From the IMG/VR virus record IMGVR_UViG_3300038393_002936: DNA of 64,000 nucleotides; one strand, 5' to 3'. Made by a program: the position numbers and the translations under genes. Below the pieces are notes generated by a model. That model was not told the DNA's origin. It made no database searches and worked only from the letters and a program-made list of their open reading frames with translations. The DNA is from a virus. Positions 28,672 through 38,245 of this stretch are shown piece by piece. Numbering within the stretch: the first letter of the stretch is position 1; every line of letters starts with the position of its first letter.

Positions 28672-30288
28672 TTACTTGACGTTGTTCTTGGTCTTCTTGC
28701 GGGCGGAAGCCCGGGTGGCCTTACCGGGACGTTTGCCGTCGCCCGGGGCGTCCTGGTCGTCGCCGTCCGGGTCGTCACCCGGGTCCTTGTGGCCGAAGTA
28801 GTTCAGCATTTCCGAGGCGAGGGCCTGGGCCGCGTCGTCGGCGGTCGCGGTCGAAGTGGCCGTCAGGTCGACCTGGGTTTCAGCCGGCTTCTGGGTGGCG
28901 GAGGTAACGGCGGCAGCAGCAGCCGCAGCCTTTTCGGCCTCGGTGGGTTGGACCGCAGGGGCGGGCGGCGGGGGAGCAACAGCGACCCCCTTCTTGAGTT
29001 CAGTAATCGTCGCGAGATGAGCCGCGAAGGCCTCGTCCGGCAGGGAAGCGAGGGTGGTGACCGTGGCCAGGGCCTTTTCGTCGCTCTCGAACCCGTACGC
29101 GGTCCGGACCTGGACAACCCGGTCGGCCTGCTTGCGGGCGGCTTCGGCCTTCGCGGTCTCTTCCTTCACCTTGTCCAGCTGGGCGGCGAGTTCGGCCTTG
29201 GCGGCTTCGGTCGTCGCGAGGGCCGTCTTGGCGGCGGTCAGTTCCGCGTCCTTGGCGACCAGCCCGGCCTTGGCCGTCTCGAGGTCGGCCGCAATCGCGG
29301 TCTTGGCCGCGGTCAGGTCTTGGACCTGTTTCTCGAAGTTCGCCTGGCGGGCCTCGTCCAGCTTCTTGTTGGCCTCGGCAAGCTCGGCCTTAAGTTTATC
29401 AAGCTCGTTCACTGATACTTCCTTTTGGTCGGCTTTATTATTGCCGCTGGCAGTCTCATACCCCGACACGGAAAAAACTTTCGAAATTTTCTTGGCGGTC
29501 GCCCCGGAGGTCGGGGGCAGGATGACCGACTGAGGGTTCGCCGGCACCCGGACGAGCCCTACGCCCGAGAACGTCAGGTTCTTAAAGACACGAAGAACCC
29601 GGCGGTCCCGATACTTGCCGGTCCCGCCGTAAGCCCTCAAATGTTTGGTCAAAAAGGCGGTCGAGTCGTTGCGTTCGACGAGTTCGGCGTCGGCGGTCGC
29701 GATGGCTGTTCCGTCGGAGCCGGCGGGCTTCGCCAGCAAATAATCGAACCCGCGGAACCGGCACTCCATCGAGACGAACCAGGCGTTCTCGGGGGTGGGA
29801 TTATCCAACTCCGCAATCGCCCGGTTCATCCACTCCTGGCGGTCGGGGTAGCCCGGCCAGTGCCGGTACAGAACCGCGGAGCCGCCGACGTGAAAGGCGT
29901 CGGGAGCACTGTCGCCTGTGAAAACCGAGCCGTCCTCGGCGAGCACGCGAGCGGCGGTCATATGCCCGATGACCACGGCCGCCTTGTGTTCTTCGTTGAA
30001 GGGTTTGTCAACGGGGGACTGTCGAGCACCCCAGGTCTCGGCGGTCGTGAAAAAGTCGTCGTTCAGGTTGGCCCCGGTCGAGGCCAACACGAAATCAATC
30101 GGGTACAGGTCCGGCAGGGAAAGGTTGGTGCCCGAACCCGCGGTGGCCCTCAACCGGTCGAGCGTGTCCTGGTTGACTTCCCTGCCGGAAAAGACAGCCC
30201 GACTGGCGGTGCAGACGGACGCACTGGCGAGGATGAGGGGCTCGAGGCCGGCGTCGATTTCGTCGCGAAAAACCGTCACGGAGTCCAC
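28672..30288 (-). CDS. Prohead protease-scaffold fusion
   Basis: N.NDDFF, KPFNEEH...IGH, VSMEC, F.GVGLV..PAN protease motifs, then an Ala/Lys/Glu coiled-coil scaffold; possible internal start at 29412. Confidence 0.8.
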   Translation of the reverse strand: MDSVTVFRDEIDAGLEPLILASASVCTASRAVFSGREVNQDTLDRLRATAGSGTNLSLPDLYPIDFVLASTGANLNDDFFTTAETWGARQSPVDKPFNEEHKAAVVIGHMTAARVLAEDGSVFTGDSAPDAFHVGGSAVLYRHWPGYPDRQEWMNRAIAELDNPTPENAWFVSMECRFRGFDYLLAKPAGSDGTAIATADAELVERNDSTAFLTKHLRAYGGTGKYRDRRVLRVFKNLTFSGVGLVRVPANPQSVILPPTSGATAKKISKVFSVSGYETASGNNKADQKEVSVNELDKLKAELAEANKKLDEARQANFEKQVQDLTAAKTAIAADLETAKAGLVAKDAELTAAKTALATTEAAKAELAAQLDKVKEETAKAEAARKQADRVVQVRTAYGFESDEKALATVTTLASLPDEAFAAHLATITELKKGVAVAPPPPAPAVQPTEAEKAAAAAAAVTSATQKPAETQVDLTATSTATADDAAQALASEMLNYFGHKDPGDDPDGDDQDAPGDGKRPGKATRASARKKTKNNVK

Positions 30289-30295
30289 GGCACCC

Positions 30296-30640
30296 TCAAT
30301 TGGTCCACTCGGGCAACTCGACCGTCTGCCCCTTCAGGTCGTGCGAGCAATCGTCAAGAAATCGAATCCGACCGTCCGTCACGAACGAATGGCACCGCGG
30401 CGTGTTGGTGACGTTGTCCGGCGAGGTGAGGGCTTCGCCCTGAAGGTCGTGGTCGACAAACGTCGGGTGCGGGCGAGCCAAGATGGACGGTATGAACGTC
30501 GGCCGGTCGTCGCTCCCGTTCCAATCCCAGAAGAACTTGTCGGCGGCCCCGTCTTCCCGGACCGCAACGCCGTGGGCAGTCTTGCACCCCGGGCACTTGA
30601 ACATCCGGAGGCCGGGACACGGGCGGCGGAGCTTGGCCAT
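30296..30640 (-). CDS. DUF6527-like Cys/His protein
   Basis: CPGC..AH...W.WNG...PTF.PSIL...CHSFVTDG.I.FL.DC.H. Confidence 0.65.
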   Translation of the reverse strand: MAKLRRPCPGLRMFKCPGCKTAHGVAVREDGAADKFFWDWNGSDDRPTFIPSILARPHPTFVDHDLQGEALTSPDNVTNTPRCHSFVTDGRIRFLDDCSHDLKGQTVELPEWTN

Positions 30641-30655
30641 AATAATGAACCTCCC

Positions 30656-30958
30656 TCAGCAACTCGTGTACGTGCCGTTGGTCAACCAGCCGTGCCACCC
30701 ACAACAACCTTGACAGTTGATAGAGGGCCGAAGTGTCAAAGCGTCCGGCGTACCCGTCATTTCCCAGCTCGGGGACTTCGCCGGCTTGGGATTGCCGACC
30801 CGCATGCCGCTCACCCGGCCGCAGCCGGGGCAGGCGAGAATTGCGAGTTCGCCGGACAACTCGAAAGTCCCGGGTTCGGCGTAGTCCGGATACCAGTCGG
30901 CATCAGGGAACACGACAGGTACGGCCTTCAGGTTCGTCCGCTTCGGGTCAACGGTCAC
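30656..30958 (-). CDS. DUF6527-like Cys/His protein
   Basis: CPGCG...W...LTLRPSI...CGWHGWLTNG. Confidence 0.65.
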   Translation of the reverse strand: MTVDPKRTNLKAVPVVFPDADWYPDYAEPGTFELSGELAILACPGCGRVSGMRVGNPKPAKSPSWEMTGTPDALTLRPSINCQGCCGWHGWLTNGTYTSC

Positions 30959-30959
30959 G

Positions 30960-31289
30960 TCAGTCCCGCTTAAAAAACGACAGGAGCTCGTCGGCCAGCC
31001 CGTCATCACCGAAGGCTTCTGTTGCCGTCACGAACCCCGCCACAGAAGGCTTCCCCCCGGCGGAGGCGAGAGCCCGGCCCTTTTCGGTGTCGGCCGCGAC
31101 CGTCCGGTGGACCTGCCGGTAATCCTCGTCGTCGTTCTCGTCGACCTGACAAATTTCGAGACTGTAGTCGTCCCGGCTGCCGTAGGGCAGGTAAATATTG
31201 ACACTGTTGACATTCTCGAGAGCCTTGCCGTCCACCGAGCACGCCAGCGTCTTGTCGACCGTATCAAATTCAATTGCAATTTTGGCCAT
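30960..31289 (-). CDS. Hypothetical late protein
   Basis: GAGGA RBS; coupled to the portal stop. Confidence 0.6.
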   Translation of the reverse strand: MAKIAIEFDTVDKTLACSVDGKALENVNSVNIYLPYGSRDDYSLEICQVDENDDEDYRQVHRTVAADTEKGRALASAGGKPSVAGFVTATEAFGDDGLADELLSFFKRD

Positions 31290-31291
31290 TT

Positions 31292-33529
31292 TTATTCCTC
31301 GTCCTCACATACACCGTCGTCGTCGTCGAACGTGACAAGTGCGTACGCCATCGCCCGCAACTGGCGGGTCTGGTCGGCGGCCGGAGGCTTCCCGTATTCG
31401 GCCACGTGCCGGGCGACCGCGGTCTGAACCAGTTGGTCGACGGCCGGGAATACGCGGGGGCCGGCGGCGAGAGCGGCCCGAACACTCTCGGGGCTGGCCG
31501 GCGAATTGACCGCGTGAGCACACAGGACGCCCAACTTGACCCGCTCGAAGGCCTCGGCGTCGGCGTCCGTCAGTTCCCGGGCGGTCTTGAGTCCCTTGGC
31601 GGCCAACAGAGACGGCCGGAGGACCTCGTCGACCGTCTTGAGGGTCGCGTCGGCCCACAACGAGGCCCGAGCCAGGGCGGCCGAAGCCTGTTTGGGAGCC
31701 GGTCGCTTGGTCTTACGTTTGGCCTGGTCTTTGGACCCGGCCGGTCGCCCGTTCGGCTTGGGGTTTTTCTTGTCGCCTGACGGCGCACCTCCGGCAGGTC
31801 GGCTTCGCCGACGTGAGCTTTGCTCACCAGGAGAGGGAGCAGTAGGACGCTTGGCCGGGGGAACCTCGCCGGGCTTGGGCGGGGGCAAGTCGAGCCCGAC
31901 CTGGGACGGGGTCACCTCGCCCTGGCCCAATAGGGTCTGGTGAAGCTTCGCTTTTTGCTGAGAGTCCTGGTGGTACGGCCCGGCCTTCGGCGGCAAAGCC
32001 CCCTGCTCCCGCTTCCGCCCTTCCTGCCGGATACGGGCCTGCTCGATGTCGGGGTCGGCCCCGAACCGCTGCTGGACGTAGGTCGCACTGATGACATCGC
32101 GGTCGATGAGGTCCCTCAACAGGGCCTTCTCGGCGGCATCGTCGGACAGGTCGGGGACCGCGAACGACAGGCTGAACGGCTGGCGGAACCCGAACGTCTG
32201 CCGGAGAATCTCGAGCTCGCCCAGCCAGAACTGCGAGAGCACCATCCGGGCGTACTGGAGTCGTTCGACGAGCACCCGCAGGGACACAAAATTGTTCGTC
32301 ATCCCGGCGTCGGTCATCGCCCCGGTCAGGGTCGGCGGGACCCCCAGGCCGATGAACAGGTTCTGCATGGTCTGGGCGTACTTGTCCTTGCCCAGGAACC
32401 GGTAGATTTCCGTGCCGGTCTCGACCAGTTCGAGGTCGGGGCCCCAGACCAGGTCCATGCACCCGCCGCCGGTCGAGTGCAGGAGGATGTCCGCCAGCAT
32501 TTGGCAGGCTTCCTGGTTCGGGATAATCTCCTTGTCGAGGTTCCCGAGCTTCCACACGCGGACGTGCGAGATGGCCCCGTCGAGGGCACTGCGGTCCGCC
32601 ATCCGCAGCTTCTCGAACATCTGGAGGTCGTCCAAAACCGCGTTCAAAAGCGGCGTGGCCCAGACCTCGTCGTCGTCCTTCTTGTACTGCAAAATAACGG
32701 TTTTGTTGGGTTCGAGCGGGACCCACTTGTCGTTGACCATCCGCTGCCGGAGGGCGGCCGGGATGCGGCTAACTAGCTGCTTGTCGGCGACACTCCGCGG
32801 GGTCGTGATGCGTTTGAGGAGGGAGTCCGGCGGACGGACCGCGTACGTGACGACGTCGTCGCCAATGAACTGGGCCAGTTCCCCGCCGATGGCCTCGACG
32901 GTGACCGGGTTCAGGACCTTGTAGCCGACCGGAATCTCGCCCGGGGGTAATTTCGTCCTATCGGAACCATTATCGGCCCCCACCGCCGCAACAGCCCGTA
33001 AGGAGGCTATGTCGTTATTGGCCAGTTTGGCAGTTCGACGCCTGATGGGGGCGACGGCTTCACGGAAAAGTCGACGGACAATCCGGTCGCTCACACCGGC
33101 GATATCGGCTTTTTTGGCCCACTCTCGCCCCCACGCCTGGACCTTGGCGGCCGGGTGAACGACCTGGATTCCCTTGTTCACGAAATCCGTCATCATGTCG
33201 ACGGTATTGCGTACAATGGAGAATCGCTTATAGGCCATCTGGCAGGCGGACTGTATCCCGTGAACTTCGGTCGGGAGCCGCTCGCCCGGCCGGAAAAAGT
33301 CGTAATCCTCGCGGTTGAACCCGTCACGGACCGAGATGCCCGGCTTGTCGATGTTCCGGAACGTACCGATGGCGGTCGCCCGTTCGGCGCCCTGGGCACT
33401 GCGGCTGGCGACGGCCCCGTACCCGACCGCGGCGGCGTTCAGAGCGGCCTGCTTGCCCTTCACGTCGCTGGACTTAAAGGTCTGGTAAAGCGGGCGTTCG
33501 GGACTGTTTTCGGGGCGAGTTCTGCGCAT
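31292..33529 (-). CDS. Portal protein
   Basis: Follows the terminase; IVRNTVDMMTDF, W.TPLL.AVLDDL...KLR.AD, GLGVP..L motifs; low-complexity C-terminus. Confidence 0.85.
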   Translation of the reverse strand: MRRTRPENSPERPLYQTFKSSDVKGKQAALNAAAVGYGAVASRSAQGAERATAIGTFRNIDKPGISVRDGFNREDYDFFRPGERLPTEVHGIQSACQMAYKRFSIVRNTVDMMTDFVNKGIQVVHPAAKVQAWGREWAKKADIAGVSDRIVRRLFREAVAPIRRRTAKLANNDIASLRAVAAVGADNGSDRTKLPPGEIPVGYKVLNPVTVEAIGGELAQFIGDDVVTYAVRPPDSLLKRITTPRSVADKQLVSRIPAALRQRMVNDKWVPLEPNKTVILQYKKDDDEVWATPLLNAVLDDLQMFEKLRMADRSALDGAISHVRVWKLGNLDKEIIPNQEACQMLADILLHSTGGGCMDLVWGPDLELVETGTEIYRFLGKDKYAQTMQNLFIGLGVPPTLTGAMTDAGMTNNFVSLRVLVERLQYARMVLSQFWLGELEILRQTFGFRQPFSLSFAVPDLSDDAAEKALLRDLIDRDVISATYVQQRFGADPDIEQARIRQEGRKREQGALPPKAGPYHQDSQQKAKLHQTLLGQGEVTPSQVGLDLPPPKPGEVPPAKRPTAPSPGEQSSRRRSRPAGGAPSGDKKNPKPNGRPAGSKDQAKRKTKRPAPKQASAALARASLWADATLKTVDEVLRPSLLAAKGLKTARELTDADAEAFERVKLGVLCAHAVNSPASPESVRAALAAGPRVFPAVDQLVQTAVARHVAEYGKPPAADQTRQLRAMAYALVTFDDDDGVCEDEE
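31790..31835 (+). repeat. In-frame mini-hairpin pair splitting the repeated motif inside the portal gene
   Basis: TCCGGCAG GTCGGC-TTC-GCCGAC GTGAGC-TTT-GCTCAC CAGGAGAG. Confidence 0.85.
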
Positions 33530-33574
33530 TCCAACTACGTTGTGTTTACAGTTCCACTGTGGGTTGACGCCCAC

Positions 33575-35794
33575 TCATACACCACCGCGGATGACGACCG
33601 CCCCACCGTACCCCCGCGACCCCAACTTGTTGGTGAACCAAGGTGGGGCCTGGTAGAGAGGTCCGCCCTCGGTACGGGCCGCCGGGTTGGTCGAGGCGAT
33701 TTCCGAAATGAACCCGCCGACCCCGCCCTTGTAGGTGAAGACGGGGAGGGCCCGGGCGAGCTGGCGGGCCCCCATGTTGGCCATCAGGAGCGCGCTATAG
33801 CGGTCTTTGCGCATCCGCCCGGCTTTTGACCCGGGCACCTTGCGGTCGGGTGTGTCCCAGCGGCGGAGTCCGGTCGACGACTCGGACACCTCAATGGTGG
33901 CCAGTTCGTCTTTCAATTTCTCGATTTCCAACATGGCCTGTTCGAGCGTGTCGTAGGTCTGGTAGACCTTCTCCCCTCGCTCGTCCTTGCCCACGCGGCC
34001 GGCGGCCTCGTCGGCGATTTCGGTCAGGCCCAGCGTCAGCGAGTTGAACATGGGGAACAGGAGCACCCGGTCTTCCAGGTCCTTCTTCATCCCGTCGTTG
34101 GCCTCGACCACCCAGGCGTTGTCGCGGAACACGACCATCTCGAGCAAATGGTCCCCGGCCAGGTTGTCGGTCGGCTTCTTGTCCTTCGGGTCGACCACTT
34201 CGTAGACGGGCAGTTCGCCGGGTTCGAGCTTGTCCGGGTCCCCGAAGGCTTCCCGGAGCGTAATCCCGCCACCGCCCGCGTCGACCAGCACCCGAGCGGG
34301 CGGAAAGACCTTGAACAGGTCGCGAATTTTCCGCACGCAATAGCGGAAAAAGTCGTGGTCGCCGACCATCTTCTTGCGGAGCTTGTTCGTGTGGTCGGCC
34401 TTGCGAGTGGTCCAGCAGTACACGACGCGGCGGTGCTCGGGCCAGATTTCCACGATGACGACCGCGAACCGGTCGTTTTCCGAGGCGGGGTCAATTCCGT
34501 ACACGTATTTACAGTTGCCACTGGCCTGCAAGGCGGCCGTGAACTTGACCGGCCCACACGACGCGAACGAAACGGGGTCGGGGTCGTCCGGTTTGCCGAC
34601 CACACATTTTTCAATCAGGGAACGCTTGTAGAAACCGTCGGAGTCTAATGCCCAAACGCAATTGTATTCAAGATTAAATTGAACAGAATTCGTAATCCGC
34701 TTGGCCCGCGCAATAGTGGCCTCGTCCATGTACCCGGGCGGGACGAGCGCGTAGGGCATGCGGATGATGCTATACTGCCGCCAGTCGAAGCCGGACGGGA
34801 CGGGTCCGGTGAAGATTTTTTCCAGCTCGTCCTTTTTCCCCCGCGACTCGATGAATGTCTTGTATTCCTTCCAGTACCGGTAGAAGTGGTTGAAGGCGTA
34901 GGTGGTCGTACCCGATAGGACGCTCTGGTTCCCCCGGACCCGCTTGGCCTCGTCGGCGTCCATCTCCGCCGTCCACATCCCGAGCCGCTTCAGGAGGCGG
35001 ATGCGGGCCCCATCCATCACGTTCCCGATGGGGTCGGCGGTGACCGACGCGAACCCCTGGACGACGACCGCGTACACTTCTTCCAAAATACTTCCGACTT
35101 CGTCGGTCAGGATATAATTACCACGAAGACCGCGAATCTTTTCGCCCGACCCCATCGGGATGCCGATAATGGACGAGTCACCGATAATGAACTCGACTCG
35201 GTCAATGTCCCGCCGGGGGCCGCACTTCCGACCGCCCGTCCGTCCGGACCGGACCAGGCTCTGGAAGACCGGTGAGTTGTGCCAAATCCGCTCGATGTAC
35301 TCGAACACGGCCTTGGCCTGGCGAAACGCGGCGGCCGTGATGACGATTTTGGCCCCCGGGGTAAAAGTAGCACGAAGAATTGCATATAATGCTAAAATAA
35401 AGCTCTTTCCAAATCCTCTAGTACCGATTAGCATAGGGAACTGCCGCCACCACAGTTCCCGGAGGGCGAGCTGTTGGAAGGGTAGGATGGTCAGCGGGCC
35501 ACCGCCGTCCGGTCGGCAGAAGAGCGACCGGCAGGTAAATGGGAAGAAATTGGGGTCGCGGAGGAGTTTGAGCAGGTGGATGTGCGGGTTGTCGAACTCG
35601 AACCGGGTCTTGGGGACGAGCGGCTGGTCGGGCGACGGCGAAATGTCCAGCAGGGAGAGGGCCTGTCTTGCCCCTTCCGCTCCGGGCTTAATCGAGTCCC
35701 ACTGTTCGGGACTGAGGGCCCAGGCCTCTTCCGCCATCCGGAACAACACATCGTGGTCTGCCGTGAAGACCGGCTTATTTCGACTGACTGCCAT
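33575..35794 (-). CDS. terL: Terminase large subunit
   Basis: Walker A GTRGFGKS, IRGLRGNYILTDE Walker B, RNase H-like GIDPA and KDRYSAL. Confidence 0.92.
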   Translation of the reverse strand: MAVSRNKPVFTADHDVLFRMAEEAWALSPEQWDSIKPGAEGARQALSLLDISPSPDQPLVPKTRFEFDNPHIHLLKLLRDPNFFPFTCRSLFCRPDGGGPLTILPFQQLALRELWWRQFPMLIGTRGFGKSFILALYAILRATFTPGAKIVITAAAFRQAKAVFEYIERIWHNSPVFQSLVRSGRTGGRKCGPRRDIDRVEFIIGDSSIIGIPMGSGEKIRGLRGNYILTDEVGSILEEVYAVVVQGFASVTADPIGNVMDGARIRLLKRLGMWTAEMDADEAKRVRGNQSVLSGTTTYAFNHFYRYWKEYKTFIESRGKKDELEKIFTGPVPSGFDWRQYSIIRMPYALVPPGYMDEATIARAKRITNSVQFNLEYNCVWALDSDGFYKRSLIEKCVVGKPDDPDPVSFASCGPVKFTAALQASGNCKYVYGIDPASENDRFAVVIVEIWPEHRRVVYCWTTRKADHTNKLRKKMVGDHDFFRYCVRKIRDLFKVFPPARVLVDAGGGGITLREAFGDPDKLEPGELPVYEVVDPKDKKPTDNLAGDHLLEMVVFRDNAWVVEANDGMKKDLEDRVLLFPMFNSLTLGLTEIADEAAGRVGKDERGEKVYQTYDTLEQAMLEIEKLKDELATIEVSESSTGLRRWDTPDRKVPGSKAGRMRKDRYSALLMANMGARQLARALPVFTYKGGVGGFISEIASTNPAARTEGGPLYQAPPWFTNKLGSRGYGGAVVIRGGV

Positions 35795-36266
35795 ACAAGT
35801 CAACGATTCGCTTGAACAAGGAAAGGGCGGCCGTACGGCCCTGTTGGCCGACGAACTCGACCCGCAGCCGGGGGTGGGCCAGCCGCATCTCGTGGTAGGT
35901 CTTGATGAGCAGGTCGGGCCGGACCTTCAGGGACCGCCATTTGGAAGGCGGGACGCCCGAGCCCCGCGGGTACTCGACCAGTTGCTTCCACTCGAACTCG
36001 AGGAACAGGTAGGGGTGTTCGAACTCGTCGAGCCGCTCGAGTTCGCGATGGAACCGGGGCTGGAATAAATTCTGACAAAATTCTGACGATGAGAATTTCC
36101 TCTCCAAACAAAACACTTTCTCAAAACCCTTGACCGTATAATCTCCGGTCGAAAGGGTTTGCACTTCTGTCCCAAGGCATCGCGCCCGAGCCTGAAAAAT
36201 CCAGCCTTCCTGTTCGCGGGTGTCGCGAATGACCGTAAATTTAACTTCTTCTTTTTTGGGCGGCAT
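35775..36266 (-). CDS. ERCC4/XPF-family nuclease
   Basis: DTREQ...L.TGDY.....CLERK...RF.RELERL signature. Confidence 0.85.
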   Translation of the reverse strand: MPPKKEEVKFTVIRDTREQEGWIFQARARCLGTEVQTLSTGDYTVKGFEKVFCLERKFSSSEFCQNLFQPRFHRELERLDEFEHPYLFLEFEWKQLVEYPRGSGVPPSKWRSLKVRPDLLIKTYHEMRLAHPRLRVEFVGQQGRTAALSLFKRIVDLYGSQSK

Positions 36267-37344
36267 TTTCCGCAATGACCCCGCACAAGTGAACGAATTC
36301 CGATTCAGGAAGCTCTTGTTTCATGAAATTAATATCCTTGAAAATCCACTGTATATTACCTTCGACATAACCCAGTTTTGAATCGATGCGGTCTAGCGAT
36401 GCGGTTCGCCTTCGCAGGTCACGGTGAGTTTCTGGCAAAACAAGCTTAATACCAGACAATGCACATCTACCCATTTGCTTCACAAACAAATCCCAGACCT
36501 GCTCAATGGACACCTCGAAAAGTTTGGAAGTGTTTGCGACTTCCGACCAAACTGAACCTGTAATCCCGCCAAAACCTGTCCTTCGACTAAGGTCAGTTGT
36601 GAACGCATAAGGTTGAGGTGGCTTCTCTCCGCTGACCGCTCGGAGCGGAAATGCAATTAGCCCGCATAGGCCCAAGAAGTAAGGAAGGGAGTAGCTCTGC
36701 TTCATGTAGTTGATGCGACGGTCAACCCACTGGCAATTGCCAACCGAATACGGCAAGGAAGAATCAATGCGGTCCAAGGATGCCGTCGACTCCCGCAAGC
36801 GTTTACCGAAATAGATATCGAGACCACTTATGGCGCACTTACCGTCCTGCGACTCGAATAATTCAGATGCTTCAGCATGGCTGATGCCAAATTCAATCCC
36901 TCTCGTGGCGACTGAGTTTTTGACAGGCGTCCAGTAAGCAGACGAGATTTTACCGATGTAAAAAAGCTTCTTACAACCACAAGAAGTCGCCCTGCCACTT
37001 TTCAAGTTATCGCACGATTTAACAGTATAATTACCACAGTCACACCGACATCGCCACATTGCCGTCGGCTCATCCTGCACACCAAGACATTCTTCGGCAA
37101 CCAATTTGCCCGAACGGAATCCCTTTATATTTTTAAATTTCCGAACAGCATGACAGTCACGAATTTTATATCCGTGTCTCACAAGATTGTTTTTGACTGT
37201 CGAATAGGAACACCCGGCCATTCTGCCAATATCTTCGAGTGAAAATTTACGATTATAGTAGGCATCCACTATCACCGGCATGACCAGGCTAACTCTGACC
37301 CCTGGCTTTCTGCCCTTGTATTTTCTTTTCTCTCGATTGGTCAT
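36241..37344 (-). CDS. HNH-type homing endonuclease with two nuclease repeats
   Basis: WRCRCDCG...SCGC plus two CA.SG...TASLDRIDS..Y..GN.QW...IN.MKQ units; AT-rich. Confidence 0.8.
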   Translation of the reverse strand: MTNREKRKYKGRKPGVRVSLVMPVIVDAYYNRKFSLEDIGRMAGCSYSTVKNNLVRHGYKIRDCHAVRKFKNIKGFRSGKLVAEECLGVQDEPTAMWRCRCDCGNYTVKSCDNLKSGRATSCGCKKLFYIGKISSAYWTPVKNSVATRGIEFGISHAEASELFESQDGKCAISGLDIYFGKRLRESTASLDRIDSSLPYSVGNCQWVDRRINYMKQSYSLPYFLGLCGLIAFPLRAVSGEKPPQPYAFTTDLSRRTGFGGITGSVWSEVANTSKLFEVSIEQVWDLFVKQMGRCALSGIKLVLPETHRDLRRRTASLDRIDSKLGYVEGNIQWIFKDINFMKQELPESEFVHLCGVIAENAAQKRRS

Positions 37345-37352
37345 CGCATTCG

Positions 37353-37508
37353 TCACTTGTCTTCCAACCCTTTGATGGCGTAGTCGCCGGTCTTCAGGGT
37401 CCCCACCTCGGTCCCCTGGCACCTCGCACGGGCCAGAAAGGTCCACCCATTTTGTTCGCGGCTGTCGCGGATGACTGTGAATTTGATTTGGTCGGGCTTG
37501 GTGGTCAT
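37353..37508 (-). pseudogene. Truncated 5' copy of the ERCC4 nuclease gene
   Basis: Translates as MTTKPDQIKFTVIRDSREQNGWTFLARARCQGTEVGTLKTGDYAIKGLEDK*, colinear with the N-terminus of 35775-36266. Confidence 0.85.
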
Positions 37509-37814
37509 TTAACTACTGGTAGACTTAGTCACAGAAATAATGATTTCCGGCTTGAGCCATTCGGCCAGGGCCCGGTCGAGCTGGTCGGCGGCGAGGCCGT
37601 ACACGTTCCAGTCCGTGTCACTGACGAATCGACAAATGTCCGGGCGGGAAAAACCCCACTTCAGACGGGCCTCGAGCGTCCGCTTGATTTCCCGATAACT
37701 CGGGCCGACCACGGCCAAAATTCGCTCTTCGCCCTCGTCGGCGAGCAACAATTTGTCCAGGAGGCGAACGGCGTCTTCAGGACTGTCGATACTCAGTCGG
37801 AGTGGGGCACTCAT
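37509..37814 (-). CDS. Hypothetical protein
   Basis: Coupled (ATGA overlap) within the operon. Confidence 0.5.
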   Translation of the reverse strand: MSAPLRLSIDSPEDAVRLLDKLLLADEGEERILAVVGPSYREIKRTLEARLKWGFSRPDICRFVSDTDWNVYGLAADQLDRALAEWLKPEIIISVTKSTSS

Positions 37815-38245
37815 GAAATTCTCATGACCGAGACGGGCTGAACCGCACCCAAATTGAAGTGCCCCCGCGGCCCGCACATCTTGATGAAGGCGGATGCGCC
37901 CCGGACCCAGAACCGACATTCGCCGTATTCGACGAGGTGGTCATCGGGTCCTGTCCCGAACGGGACAGTCACTTCTTGCCGGATGGTGTCCAGACCAGAC
38001 AAAAACCGGACCGCCACCTCGTTCGGGTCGTCCTCGGGGCCGAACGGGTACAGGGCCGGCAAGCGGTCATCCAGATACCGGGTCGGGTACTGGTGACGAG
38101 CGTCGAACTGAAAACCCTCGAACACACAGGCGTACCCAGCCGGCTTGTAATCGTTCGGGCAGCAATCACTGTGGGTGCTGCATTTGCAGCGGTAGCCTTC
38201 TTCCGGCAGGAGAGGGGCATCATGAAATAATTCAATGGGCTTCAT
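37811..38245 (-). CDS. Hypothetical Cys-rich protein
   Basis: Overlaps both neighbours in the operon. Confidence 0.5.
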   Translation of the reverse strand: MKPIELFHDAPLLPEEGYRCKCSTHSDCCPNDYKPAGYACVFEGFQFDARHQYPTRYLDDRLPALYPFGPEDDPNEVAVRFLSGLDTIRQEVTVPFGTGPDDHLVEYGECRFWVRGASAFIKMCGPRGHFNLGAVQPVSVMRIS

